A DNA stretch of 64,000 nucleotides, taken from NCBI GenBank assembly GCA_934754335.1, contig CAKVHY010000001.1, positions 2,484-66,483 of the forward strand. Direction: 5' to 3'. The stretch is from an uncultured Clostridia bacterium. GTDB lineage: Bacteria; Bacillota; Clostridia; Christensenellales; UBA1242. A model generated the notes under the pieces. The model was not told the origin of the DNA. It was given only the letters and a program-made list of their open reading frames with translations, and did not search any database. Positions within the stretch are counted from its first letter, which is position 1, and every line of letters starts with the position of its first letter. Below, one piece after another: positions 16,234 through 31,200 of the stretch. A program made the position numbers and the translations under genes.

Positions 16234-19200
16234 TTAGAATTTGTAAAGAACCAAATCAATTGATTGATAATCGTTTCCATCTGTATCTTTCACTGAAGTA
16301 AATTTCCATTGATAACTATTTATAAATGAAATTGTTGTGTTATGCTGACTATTACTATTTGCCCAAGCAAAAGTAATCAAATTCACATCATTTTTGCCTT
16401 CGATATCTTTATTTCCTTTTCCACCAAACAATTTAACATTTTCAAATGAATTATCTAAATTATTCCCAGCCATGCTTTGACTTACAATTTTATCATTATT
16501 GTAACCAAATTGAGTTTTTGTTCCTACAAGATGCGACATACCTATTAACGCACCTGTATAAGTGTCATCAACAATTAAACTGCCCAAATTTTGCAAGTTT
16601 TTAACTTCTGTAATGCCCGCATCAAATACCCATGTTGGAACACCTAAAATTGATTTTAGTTCGCCAAATACACTTAAATCCCCGATTATGCCACCAACTT
16701 TATCCAAACTTGCATTTTCTTCATTAATAATATTTCCCAAGTTCTTAGCAATATTCAATTTTCCTTTTAGAGAACCAAATATTCCGCCAGCATAAGAAAC
16801 GCTAGCACCATTCAATTGGATTATACCTTTATTTACCAACACTTCATTTATAGAAACCGCATCGCCAGCGATACCACCAACTAAGGAATTTGCTGTGATT
16901 TTACCTTCATTAATCAAATACTTCAATGAATTTTCTTCGTAATTGAAATCTGGTTTATACTCTGAATTTGATTCTGTTTCAGACAACTTTTCAAAATAAT
17001 CTTTTGAATTTGCCGAATGATTTAATTTACCAACTATACCACCAACATATGAATTACCTGCAACTTCACCGCTATTTCTTAAATAATAAACCGATGAACC
17101 AACCTGTTTACCATAAACATTTGTTTTCATTCCTAACCCAATGAAGCCACCAACGTAATTTGCACCTTGAACCATTCCTGAATTTAATGTTTTGTAATAA
17201 TTTTGAATAGTGCTAGTACCTTCAATGTTGCGATACCCCGTATTTTCATCTAAAACAAAGTCGCCATTTGCATCTTTTTCAAATTCATTATACAAAATCT
17301 CATCTTCATTCTCAAAACCGTTTTCGCCTTGAATTGTTATATTTTGTACATATCCAAATAGTCCGCCAATATAGTTTTGACCTTGTGTATTACCACTATT
17401 TTTAATGTCTTTGGCCTGAACTTCTTTTGCCACCATGCTTCCAGCAATACCACCGACATAACTAGAATTTCTTGCTATCACGTTGCCTGCGTTTACGATA
17501 TTTGTTAATTCAACCTTATTAAGGTTACTTTCAAAAATCTTATAATCGTTAGTGTTCACGTCATACTCGTAACCGCTTCCAACAAGTCCAAATATTCCGC
17601 CAACGAATTTATTTACGCCATTGCCAGATAATATTGTTCCGCTATTGGTTAGATTATTTGCAATTAACTCTTCGCAACTCATATAGCCAACTAATCCGCC
17701 AACGTAATTTCCATTTGCTACAACACTTGCACTATTGCGTAAATTGGTTAAGGTTATTTTTGTTGCATCAATAGAACCCGCTATTGAACCAATTGTTCCG
17801 CCAGAAGATCTAATCACACCTGAATTTGTTGTTTCTCCGCTTACGCCTTCAATTACTACTGAATCAGCATGCAACATTCCAATTAGTCCGCCAACGCAAC
17901 CCTTTTTACCTGTTATAGAACCTGTATTTTTACAATTCTTAATGCTTACACTTGTGGAATCAGAATAGAATGACACCATATCACCAACTAATCCGCCAAC
18001 TCTTGCAATTTCACCAGAAGATGAAACATTTGCTTCATTAGTACAATTCTCAATAACTACTTGATTTGCGTTTGACGCGTTACCAATAACTGCGACTAAT
18101 CCACCTGCAGATTGTGTGGCACTTATTTTGCCTGAATTTGTGCTATTCTTTATTTCAACTTTACCCATAACAGAAGCAACTAATCCACCAACATAACCAC
18201 CAGTAAGTGTACTTGAATTTGTGCAATTTTCTATTATTAAATTGCCAGCAACATTTCCAACTAATCCGCCGATATAATCTGCTTTTGTATAATTAATTTT
18301 TGTGTTATTTGTACAATTTTTAAGCGTAATATTTACAGCATTGCCAATAAGTCCGCCAACAATCTTCGCAGTATCCTTTAATGTTAGGTTACCATCTGAA
18401 ATAACCTGCGAAATTGTCGTTTCGCCAAGAGCATTACAAATTAATAGACCAGCATACTCTTGATCTAAAGAAGCACTAACAGTATTACTTAAATGAATAT
18501 ATTCAATAGTTGCATTTTCAGTTACATTAAATAATCCGCCATCATTTACAGTTAAATTGCTAATTGTTCTTTGAACTTTTTTATTTTCAACAGAATCATA
18601 ACCATACATTGTTCCTTTAAAAGGACAATCTGCAGAACCGATTGCATTCCATACCTTTGTACTGAAACTTAAATCCTTTAAAATTCTTATTTCAATACCT
18701 TCAAACGTACCAGCATTTTTCATTGTGATTCTAGATATCCATGCCAATTCGCTTGGCAATGTAATATTTATAATGCCTTTATTCTTAAATTCATCTAAGC
18801 GGTCTAACTCTGCCTGTTGAATATCATCAGCGTTATAGTACTCTTCATACTCAGGGACCTTAGCACCATAAATCCAATAATCGAAATAAACTGGATAGCC
18901 ATTGTTCTTACCACCAACTCTACACCAAACTTGGCCAAATTTAAATCCTTCAATAGTATTTGATGTTTGTAATGTATTAGAATCTATATTTTTAACTTTT
19001 TCATCACCGGCCAAATTTAGATTTGAAATTGTATAAATTTTCCCGTTTATGCCTGCATGATTTACATTTCGGCCTGAACTTAAACGTTCAATTTCTGTTG
19101 TGATATACACAACACCATCAACCCAAACATTAAAGTTATTTTCAGCATAGCCAAATAATGCTCCGCTATTAATTTTACCTTCAATATTCCTTGCATTGAT

Positions 19201-22200
19201 AGTATTTTTAATATTGCCATTAGAAACATAACAATCTGTGAAACGCACACCGGCTTTAGCACTACCAACGAATCCGCCTGCAGTTTCACCATAAACCATG
19301 CCTTCAAAAGCACATTCTTTTAAGTGTGGTTGATCAGCACTTGTACCAATCATTCCACCTGCAACATCGCCATATACTCTAACTCTCTCGCTTCCGCTTT
19401 CATCTAATGAAAGAACTTGAACTCTTGTTAAAGTTGATGCGCCTCTATTACTTCCTATTACTGCACCTGCTGAAGAACCTTCGCCTGTGGCAAAAATTAT
19501 CCCTTCCGTTAGATTTAAGTTTTGAATAATTGCATTACTTATATATCCAAATAAGCCAACATTATTTTCACTAACTTTAGTTACGTTATTGCCAACAAAA
19601 ACTGCTAAATTATTTGTCACATTAATTCCACTAATTCTTTTGTTATTTCCATCAAATTTTGCTGAGAATGGTTTATCTACAGTTCCAATAGGCGTCCAGA
19701 TATAATCGCTTAAATCAATATCTGCAGTTAGTCTAACCATTCCGCTTTTTATTGTTCCATTATTCCAATCATTTGCAAATTTTGCAAGTTCACTTGCTGT
19801 TGCGATTTCATAAACAGAACCCGTTTTTGTGTAATCTTCCTGATAATTAATCCATGTTTGATCCAAGGATATTAACCATCTAAGTTCCACAATTCTATTT
19901 TTATTCAATGCCCATATAGAATCGAAATCAAATTGTGCTTGATTTTTTCCTTCTTCATAATCATTTAAGAACGCTTTTAAATCAATATTTTTTATATCAT
20001 CAAATTTTACTTGTTGATTTTTATCATTCCTATAATCATATGAAGAGCCATGAACCATGTAACTATTGTACATAGTTTTGTCGTTATCAAAGATATTCTT
20101 ATCTTCCGTTGTTATTCTACTCTTAATAAACACACCATTGAAACTTTGCAAATTATTTACATTTGCTTCACTGATTATGCCATTGTTTGTTAAAGATGTA
20201 ATTCCGCCATCTTTAAGACCTATAACAACGCTTAAATTATCTAGCGTTACAGTCTTTGCATCTTGCTGAATATTAGCAAGCAAATAAATTGTTTTATTTG
20301 AAAGAGCCCAATCATTAGGCAAACTCGTACCTGTGTAACAAATTGCCGAGTAATTATTATTTGATAATTCAGTTTTATCTGCTGTAATAACAACATGTTG
20401 ATTATTCCTACTTGAAGTTTGAAGAGCAAGCATCATATCTTTAATGATAGGATATGTCATTATTTTGCCATTATTAGAACCTTCAACCCATTCTGCATTT
20501 TCTATATTTGTAAGATTTAAACCACTTAATTCTCCGCTAACAAATTCTTGATAACTTCTAGGAGAACCATAGCCATTGAAGTTTGGAACAAAGTCATAAA
20601 CATAACAGATGTTTTTAAATTTACCATCTTCTCTATTGCCATTCTTTAAGTATTCACCAATGATTCCACCAACGTTTGCTTCTTCTTTCAACACACCAAT
20701 TTTACTTAATGAATAACTGCTTTCGATTGTTATTCCATCACCACCAATTGCACCTTCTGGCAAGGTTTCATTAATAGAACCAAACAATCCACCAATTGTA
20801 TTGAAATCCGAACCATTCATAGGTTTAGCACTGATTGAACCTGAAGAATATGTTACAACTACTGAGTCGGTTAGTTTATCATTAGACTTAATAGCACCAA
20901 CCAGTCCACCAATTTTATCCCCATAACCATCTTTCACGATTAAATTTAGGTTATTAACCGATTTTTGGATTACAATGCCCAAACTATTTTTATTTTCAAC
21001 TTGTTCAAGCCCTTCAAAGTAACCAACTAATCCGCCAATGTTAGAATTATTAGCATTATTTAATGAGATATTGCCTGTTCCTGTGGCACTACTATATATA
21101 ACTATTGATCTACCATAACCAATAAATCCACCAATATTAGATGCTTCTACATTTCCGCCAACTATGTTAGTTTGTGCATAACCGCTGATATAAACTGGAC
21201 CTTCAGCCTTACCAATAAGTCCGCCAACGCTTGCATTATTTTTATCACCATTTAGTGCTATATTTCCTGTTGCACCTGCAACAACTACAATTTGCTCAGA
21301 ATTTTCAGCAATATGTCCAACAACCAAGCCCGCATTCGCATTTTCTCTTGATATAGTTAGAGCACCGCTTGTAAAATTGATAATAACTTGTTCAATTCTG
21401 CTCTTATCTCCTTCAAGCAAGCCAACCATTCCGCCAACATTTTGGGCTCTTGTAGAAATCCCGGCTGTAACTGAAATCGTAAGATTCATAAACTTCGTAT
21501 CTTTTGCGGAATTTACTAGAACACCGAAATTATCTCCATTATAACTTATTCCACCTGCTCTATTTGCTGTTTCAATTCCAAAATCTTTGAATGTGGCACC
21601 ATCTGCATTTGCAAATATTGGGGCTCTAACATTATAGATTTTGCTATTGTTATAAGACTTAATAACTCCGCTGAATGCATTGCCCCCATTATTTAATGGC
21701 TCCCAATCTTCAGTGTAATCATCCATATTAATATCGTTTAATAAAACATAAGTTTTGCTTGGATAATTATTTGTGTTATTAACCAAATCAAAGATTGTTT
21801 GAACATAAATTACATCTTCATAAACTTTAGTTCTAACTCTTGGGAACACATATTTTTGATTTTCACTTCTAATGCCTGTGGTATCGCTCATGCTAACACC
21901 AAACCAAGCATCTTGTCGCCAATTATCATAAATATTTTGTGTTCTCGAACTGTTTTTATTAGACAAAGAACTTTCTTTTTCATCTGCTGTAACATCTATC
22001 AACAACTTAGTTAAATCGTATTCACCAAGTTCGTTATTTGCAGAATTTCTTTCTATATAATGAGAATTTAAATCTTCCTCTGTTACACCTTCTTTTGTGA
22101 TTTGATTAATATATTGCTTATCGTAAATACGCGCAGTTAAACCGCCAACTCTTGTTTCCGATAACATATATTTACCATTTATGATTTCTTTTATTGTTCT

Positions 22201-25200
22201 GAACGAACCATAGTTTGCAAGTCTTGAGAATCTATAATAATTGAAATCTTCGTCATTGTTGCCTTCTACTCCAGCATTTTTTAATTTAGATGAGAAATCG
22301 CCAGAATATGCATAAGTTATGGTTTCAGAAGTTGAGCCTCCAAATAACGTGTACTTAGTTAAGTTTCTAACCAAATATTCCTTTTCTCTATCGTCATCAC
22401 CTTGATATTCACCTATTATTTTTAAATCATCTTTTCCACCAAGAACCGCTTTAACGCTCGTGGCATTTCCGATTTCCAATATTAATCTTTCAGTATTACT
22501 CTTAGCAAACGCCATCATAAAGTAAACGCTTTCGCTCTTTACCCTTTGATTCGTTGGATTATTAGATGAATCATACCATTCATCAATTGGATTACCGTCT
22601 TCATCTTTATCACGGCAATATGCGTTCTGAGTGTTATAAGACATTGCTCTTCCGATAAACGCGCCAATCTCTGCTTGGAATGCATCTATTCTATAAGTTT
22701 TTCTATTAACCACTTTATGGTCTTCTTTCCAAAGGTTTGCTCCAACTACAGAACTTAGAGAAATAGTTGTATTCACATTTTCTCTTTGAACGGATTTCCA
22801 ATTCTTAATATAATAATCATTGTTCTTATCTGCATCTAACAACTCTCCATTAATATCTTGCATTGTTTGCAGACCGATAATTCCGCCATAAGATACGAAC
22901 GAGAACACGGAAGATGTGGTGTAAACGTCCTTCAAACTAATTCCGATTGAAAGTCCAACCAATCCGCCTGCGAATTTTGAATTTATACTTGCCACGTCCA
23001 CTCTGTTATAACTAAAAGCAATATCTCCGCCATAGGTTAATCCAGCAAGTCCGCCAATATAATGAGCATTTGCACTTGTGGCACCAAATAGGGCTGTGTT
23101 TTCACCTTCAAATGTATCTTCACTATCACCCTGGGCAACGCCCCATTTCAAAGAGATTGTAGATTTTGAATTATTTGGATCAAATTCTTGAACCTTATTA
23201 TATATCTCTGCATCAATACTAGTTTGTTTTGCATGAGTTACTTCACTGCTTGTGATATCTCCTTCTAAATGTCCAACCAAACCTCCACCAATAGCGCTAG
23301 CCACAATTCTTGTGTTTTCAGAAACCACCAATTTAGAATTACTAATCAATGAGTTTTTTCCCACATAACCAAATAATCCGCCCACAACTTCACCACGAAG
23401 AGTTACATTGCCAGTTACTTGATTACTTCTAATATTTGCATTACTAACCACATCATTGCCCAAATCAACATAATCGGCTTCTAATATTCCGGCAATTCCG
23501 CCAGCATAAGAAACTTCGTCTATATTAGATATGTATTGTTCCTTTTCATCCACAATTTCATATGAATATGTGTATAAGTTAAATCTATGTGAAGGGTCGT
23601 CTGTTTTAGAAGAATATCTATTTGCAGGGCCTGTGTACATATTAGATTTGACAGAAACAGAAGATTTAATATTTGTTACGATTGTATAAACACTAGGATT
23701 ATTTTCTTTATCATATCTGCCTGAAATTTTTCCTGTTAAACCACCAGTGGCATTAAAGCCATTGATGATGGAATCATCGTCACCCAAGATTTGAATATTT
23801 TCAATATCTCCGCCTTCAATTCTTCCAGCCAATGCACCAACATACTTAACTGCTGTGGCACTAATCGTATCGATATCTAGATTTAAGTTTCTAACGCTTG
23901 CACCCCTTAAACCATCTTCTTCGCCTTTCAACACTTTGAATAATCCGATTTCTTCAATCCTTTCAGCCTGAACTTTCTCGTTTTCAGCAACAATCTTTAA
24001 ATCTTGAATGGTCATACCATTTCCTTCTAAGTCACCACGGAAAGTTAGTTTGTATGTTTTAACTGATTGTAAAACATTATCAAAATAGATATCTTTAACA
24101 AATCTTAAGTAAGCATCTTGATCAAGAGTTGTTTCTTCGCCTAAAGAATTTATTTGCAATGAATAAACATTGAACTTTTCTGCAGACGTAATCAAATATG
24201 GATTTAATACGCTTTCGCCATAAATTATATTAACGTCCTTAGAACTCTTTTGAACATAACTATATGTATAAGAACTATCGCTCGTTTCATCTATCGCATT
24301 AATAGAATTTATTGCCACGATTAATATCTCTAGAATATCTTTATCGCTAAGTTCGCTTGCCCCTGCTGAAGAAACCGTACCTGTGTAATCAATTCTATTA
24401 ATGAAGTAATTGTTCATAATATTTTGAATTGTATTGTTTCCTGAGATTATCAAATCAGAAGTAATTAATGGGTTTTTAACTGAAATATAAGCATTTATAA
24501 TCGCTTCGCCCAACTGATTTGCATAACCACAAATATAATTTTCATTTTCATTCGTACTCGCACTTGAACCATTTCCTATTAATCCAATAAATATTTCTTT
24601 ATTTGATACTCCATTCCCCGGATAACCATCTCCCGACTCTAAAAGTCTTGATTTAACTCTTGCATATCCCATATCTGAAGATAGAGTTTCTAGAACTTCT
24701 TTCATATCGCTATTAGATGGTAATTGTGGAATGAAGTTTGCCTTTCTTAGACTCATTGTTTTTAAGTTTGCAGATACAAGTTGTGGAACTCTTGAAGTAT
24801 AAGACGAATGTTTGAAATATTTTGCTATCGCTGTGTTTTCACTTGCTTCATTTGTATCAAGAGTTGGAATAAACCACACAGCACTTGCCAATTTCTCGTT
24901 ATCTTCAGTTCCATTTAAAGCATAATCGCTATTAAATGAATATGTTGCAAAACTTGTGTAGGCTGAAAATTCAATAGAAGACAATCCTATTGCAGTGCTA
25001 TCTCCAGAACCGAATGGATCAGTGAATAACGCTCCGCCATTTACAACAAATTCCAACTTCTGCTCGCCATCGCCCGCACTACCAGTTGTGGAGAAAATTT
25101 GTTGCAATCCAAGTTGATTTTCAGAGCCATAGTAAAGTTCTCCATATTTTTCTTTAAATTCATCACTAGTTGTATCCATTGAATGCAATGCATTATAGAT

Positions 25201-28200
25201 ATCAAACAACTGCTGATAATCGTTGTTATTAACCTGCAAATAATAACTATTTTCAATATCACCATTATTCAAACTTGTGGAAGTTGAGCCTTCAAACACA
25301 ACGCCTGTGAAAGGTTTATGATAAGTATCATTTGTTTGAACAGAAGATAATGTAAAGGAATTATTAATTGAAGCAGAAGCATTATTTGCAAATACAAATC
25401 CGCTTGAACCACTTGCCAAGATTAAGATATTTGAATAGGAGTTTGTAACCACACCACTATTTGAATAAACAAATCCTGAAGCATTGCCTGCCGAATTGAT
25501 TACTGCACCAATCGCTCTTTGATTTAGCATATTTGTGTAATCAAGTTTAAAATCTGTTTGCTCATTTAAGAAAGTTTTTAATTGAGCGTTTGTACCATTA
25601 GTGATGCTATTATATGTGTATCTAAGACCAACATATCTATCACCAAATGTGGCATTATTCTCAAGCACTGTATCGGCTGTGATGCCCGAAATATTTGGAG
25701 TTTTATCTAGTTCGCCTGAAGTTATTTCTCTTCCATAAACATATGAATAATTTATCTCACCGCTATTGAATATTGTGAAGCCTGCAGTTCCATTACTTGC
25801 GTAAGTTCCTGCACCCTTTTCTGAAATATTATAAATATTTCCGCCTTTGAAATAACTTGAAGAAATCTTTCCGCCTGATGCATTTTCACAAGCAAAACCT
25901 GAAACATATATATTTCCGATAATTGATATATTTTCAATTGCACTATTTGTTACAAATCCACTATTAACACCAATAACTCCGCCAATTCTTATATCTTCGC
26001 TAGAACTAATCACATTAGATGAAACTTTCACAATAGATGTTGTTCTATTAGATGCATCTAACAACGGATTTTGTTTTTTATACTCGGAATAATATGATGA
26101 TTTATCTGTTCTTTGAACCAAGCCATCTCTTTCTTCCCTATATGAATCTGCATCATAAGTTATATAAGCATTTGTGATAGTTCCTTTATTTTCACCAGCA
26201 ATCAAACCAAACTTAACTTTGCTTAAATCGTTTACTAAAACATTAATATCTCCGTCAGAATTTTTAATTTCTGCAGTATCATCAAAATTCCTATTTGCTG
26301 GTACAACTTCTAAGATAATATTTTTAAGCAAGGTATTCTCAGAAACTGTTCCAAACAACCCAATATTAGTTTCGCCTGAAGTTCTAAAATCATTAAACGA
26401 TTTTAATCTTAAAACATATTCGTTTCCGTCTAGGCTTGCAATGGCAGTGTTCAATGGTTCCCAATATTCAAGTTCCAAATCTTCCATTAAGATATAATGC
26501 CCACCTGCCTGCATGTTTTTCAATTCTTCAACAGTGTAAATTGGCTCCGGATTTTCTTCATTAGATAATTGAATTGCATTAAATCCAAATTCGCATTCAA
26601 AATCTTCCGAATATTTATTTTCTTTACGATTTTCTTCCAAGTTATCTATCAAGCCAACGCATGTTTTTCCGTTCGCATCTTTGCCATAAGCAATTTGAAC
26701 GCATAATGCAATTTTTGCTGTTGTATTAATATTTGTTACTCTAACATTTAATGTTGCATAAGGCTCAAGCAATTCCATTGTGGTGTTTTTTCCCGTTGGA
26801 ACACTAATGCCTGTATTAATTCTGCTTGCTCTAGCATTTGTAATCTGAATACCATTATAACCTGAATTGCCATCAACAGACAATGTTTCTAATCCGTTTG
26901 CTCCAACATATTTCCAATATGCAGATTTGAACTGATAATACCCTTCGCTTACTACTGCTGGTTTTGAAAGTACATTTTGAAGTTTTGAATACTTATCAAT
27001 ATTTTCTGCTAACGAATCAAATGTGCTAGTTAAGATTTCAGTTTCACCAAAATTACTAGCCTGATTTTGCCAAGTGGAAATCAAATTCAAACTATCAGCA
27101 CCTTCAGTTTTAATCAAATCTTCAAGACTGATATATTCACCAAATAATCCTTTAGACGTGATAAGTGCTTCCATTTTAGCAATATCTTTTCTAATATTTG
27201 CCAAAATTGTATCTGCTTTCGCAACTATTTCATCATTACTATTTCCAAGACTTGAACCAAACATTCCAGTTAAATCTTTATATGAAACATATGAAGCATC
27301 AATCACTGCTCTTAGGGCATATTCTTGATTATAGTTTCCATTCAATTCATAACCACCAGAAGAATTTTGTTCAACTCTTTCTGCCAGCACATTATTAACC
27401 ACAAATTCTGAGATTATAAACGAAACTTTTTTCTTACTTTCATATCTATTATTATTGATAATCTTATAGGACGTAACTTCTAAAGAAAATTCTTCGCCAA
27501 TAATATCTCTATTATATGGAATATAGAACCTATAAGTTATGCCATCATTATCTCTTGAAATACTTCTTTCATAGATATATCTTACAACTGCTTCATCTTG
27601 CAATGAATAGGACTTGCCAGTTATTAAATCTTCCACGTCTTTATCAACTGTTAGATTAAATAACTTGCTTTCGTCTAGCGTGCCATTAGTTTTAACTGTT
27701 AACTCAACTTCTGTTCCAATTGCCACCGCTCTATCTGTTTGGCCATTGGAAGTGAATTCTAAATCTGGAGTTAGTTGCGGAGAAATTATCAATTTCTCAT
27801 CAATAACCTTTTTGCCATCAGTATAACCAACCACGCTTAATTCAAACTTAATGCTTGCATCATTAAACGTTGGAATGCTAGTTTTTACATAATAATTTCC
27901 ATTATATTCAAAGTTTGTTAAACCTTCAGATTGATAACCAAAACTAATTTGTTTTAAACCTAAAGTTCTTGAAACTTCAACATTTCCATTATCGTCTGCA
28001 ATAGAAGTGTAATAACCACCAAACAAATATTTATCGTTTGTTGAACCATTTTGATTAGAAATATAATTCGCATACATTTGCTCTAACGAAATTGAATAAC
28101 CATTCACCACGTTTGAACTAATTGTTAAACTATCCACTTTACTATAACCTGGGTGGATATTGATATGTAATAAGCCTGGTTGACCGCAAACTAAAGTATT

Positions 28201-31200
28201 TGAAATGAAACTTTGATTTATTCCTGTGATAACATTTGGCTTACCTGTTACAACATCATAAGATTGCAAAGTTATATCAGCATAATGGCTTAATGTTACT
28301 TTTTCCACATCTTGTGGATTAATAGAATAATCAAACGAAACAGTTTCTATTCTTCCATCACTATCACCATATTTCTCAGAGTTATTTACCAATGTGAAGA
28401 GTGAGAACTTTAATTTTTCAGTTTTTGTAATGTAGTATTTATATTCGTCTAAAACTGTGATTGTAAAACTATATTTTATATATTTAGTTAAGTAGTAATC
28501 AGTTTCATTTTCAATTGCATTATGTTCTTTATCAAATCTAACAATTGAAGTTAGCGATACTCTAAATTTATCAACGATAAATCCTTCAAACAAGTTATCT
28601 TCTTGTGGCAACTCATAAACAAGCGAACCTGAAAGAGTACTTGTTCCTTTATCTGTTGTATAAGCATCTATATCTTTGCCTGTAAAATCATCATGGATTG
28701 AATCAACGGTTTCAAAACTATAGCCTTCACCAACTTCTCCAAACGATTTCAATTCCATAAACTTGTTTTTATCGTTTTGAACGGAGATATATAATTTTGC
28801 ATTAGCATTATCTGTGGTGATAGTGGTTTCAAAACTACTAGGACTAAATGGATTTGTTTCAGAATCAATGATTGTGGAAAGGGATTTCGTTCCATTTAAA
28901 ATATTGATATTAAACCTATCGCCACTCTTTTCGCTTAATTCTTTGCCTTCCTTATAAATCAAAACTCTTGTGTTTTCATCTATCTTCACATAAGGAACAG
29001 CCATCAACGAATATGTTGTGGCACTTAATCCGCTAATCACTGCTTCAGATGCGTTATCGCAATCAACATAGATTAAGTTTCCTTTGCCTTCAACTGCATT
29101 TAATTTAAACAACTGATTATTTATGCTAAATCCATCAGGAATTCCGTTAAGTCCTTCATGATAAATTCCATCTTCAGATAAGATATAGAATCTTACGCCA
29201 AAATCAAAATATGTATTATTCTCTAGCGGAACATTGCCATATAATTTGATTAATGTTTTATCAACGCCATCTTTAGTTGTTAAATATTCACCTAAGCCAA
29301 AATATAATCCAGCAGAAGAATTTTTAATAATATTTAAAGATGGAATAGAGTTTTCCGTTGCGGTTCCAAGAAGTGTTGTTCTAGAAGAATCTTTATAGAT
29401 TTCAACATTTGAAATAGCATTTATTATATTTAATCTTATCTTTTTACTAAATTCAGAATTTAATTTACTTGTGATTGTTAATTCTGCAACGCCCGTGCCT
29501 TTTACAATCAAATAATTCTTGCCATCTTCATTTACAATTGCGACCAAGTTAGAATTGCTTTTTATATTCAATTCACTTGAAGATATAAATGATGGAGTGG
29601 CAACTGCTTTCACCAAATCGCTTAATAAATATCTGTTTTTAAGAGTTATTAAGGCATTTAAGTGGGCAGTGAAAATCTTTTCATTTTGAGTTACCTTTTC
29701 TAAGTTGCCATCATGATTAAAATCATAATAACCAAATCTTAATGGCAAGCGATTTGTATCAACACTATAATAAGATAATGTGATTTCATCTTCTTTTATC
29801 TCTGTTTGAACTTTCTTTGCAATCACCTTATTTGTTAAAGCATCATAAGATTCTTCTTTAATCTCTTCCGTTTCAATGACTTTAACGATTGTTCCAATCT
29901 CTGTTTCACCTTCAGAAGGATAAGTTTTATCCACATATCCACATTCAACAGATAAGTTTTTTGGTGGCAAATCAATTATAAATTGAACTTTGCCATTTTT
30001 CTCTTTTTCTGCTCCTAGAAGCAATGGGAAACCATTATTTGTTTCTGAACTCAAATAATAATCCAAATCTTCCAACTTATCAGGTTTGCCATTTGTTTTA
30101 TCCCAACCCGTTTCATTATCAACGGAATTTATAATTGCCATATTCCATGAAGAACTTACAAAGTTTGAATAGAATTTAATATTTGAAACAATCAAGTTTG
30201 TGAAGAAAACATTATCTTGATAAAGTTTTATTTGAGTGCTTACTCTATTAAACCTTTGAACGTTTTCGTAATAATATAACTTTCCAGCAATTTTAATGAA
30301 TTTGCCAGTATTACTTGCTATGCCATTTTCATCGCATCTTAAAGCATCAGATTCTCTAATATAACAAATCCTATTTTCAGCACTTAGATATGCGATATAA
30401 TCACCATTTGTTTGTGCTTTAAATGAATTTATTGAAACACTTCCATTCTTAGCCAAGGCTTCATCGATTGTTATAACATTTTCGCTTATAACAACGCCAT
30501 CTGCTGTTTTTGTTAAAATATATGTTTCAAATCCAATATAGTAACTATTCAATGTTACAACATTTGGAATTTTATATTCTTTACTTAGCGTAACTGAACT
30601 TATAGCATTGCTAAAGTTTCCTTTAAGACCGCCATCACCTAATTTTGCATAACTAGGCAAATTTTCATAAGCAGTGTAATATAAAGTTTGAACTTTAGTT
30701 GCAATAGATTTCCCGCCAACTTCCTTTATTGTTAAAACCAATTTATATTGCAAATTAGATAATAGCGTGCACCAACCATCAAAACTTTCAGCATTTATTT
30801 CTGCATCGTCTATCACAAATTTATAACCATTCATAGCGTTTGCAAACACTCCGCTATCAATCATAGTTAAATCTAAACCCAAAATATTTTTAACGACTAC
30901 TTTTGCTTCTGTCAAATTAGTTACTTCTGTCTTATCAAAATATGTTCTTTCGAATTTAACTAAATCAATCTTTTGTTCAACTTTTTCAGTTTTATATTCA
31001 TTAACGCCTGCAAAATTTTGAACAACCTGATTTCCACCATAAACTTTTAATAATGAATATGAATTTATGATGTTATATGCTCCATAGTTTTCGCTTCCAC
31101 ACTTATACGTTTTTATAGTTGAATAATTTGCATCTCCACTTAAAATTGTAACCTTTGCGCCAGTCATAATACCACTGGCATCACCTATAAATCCGCCTGC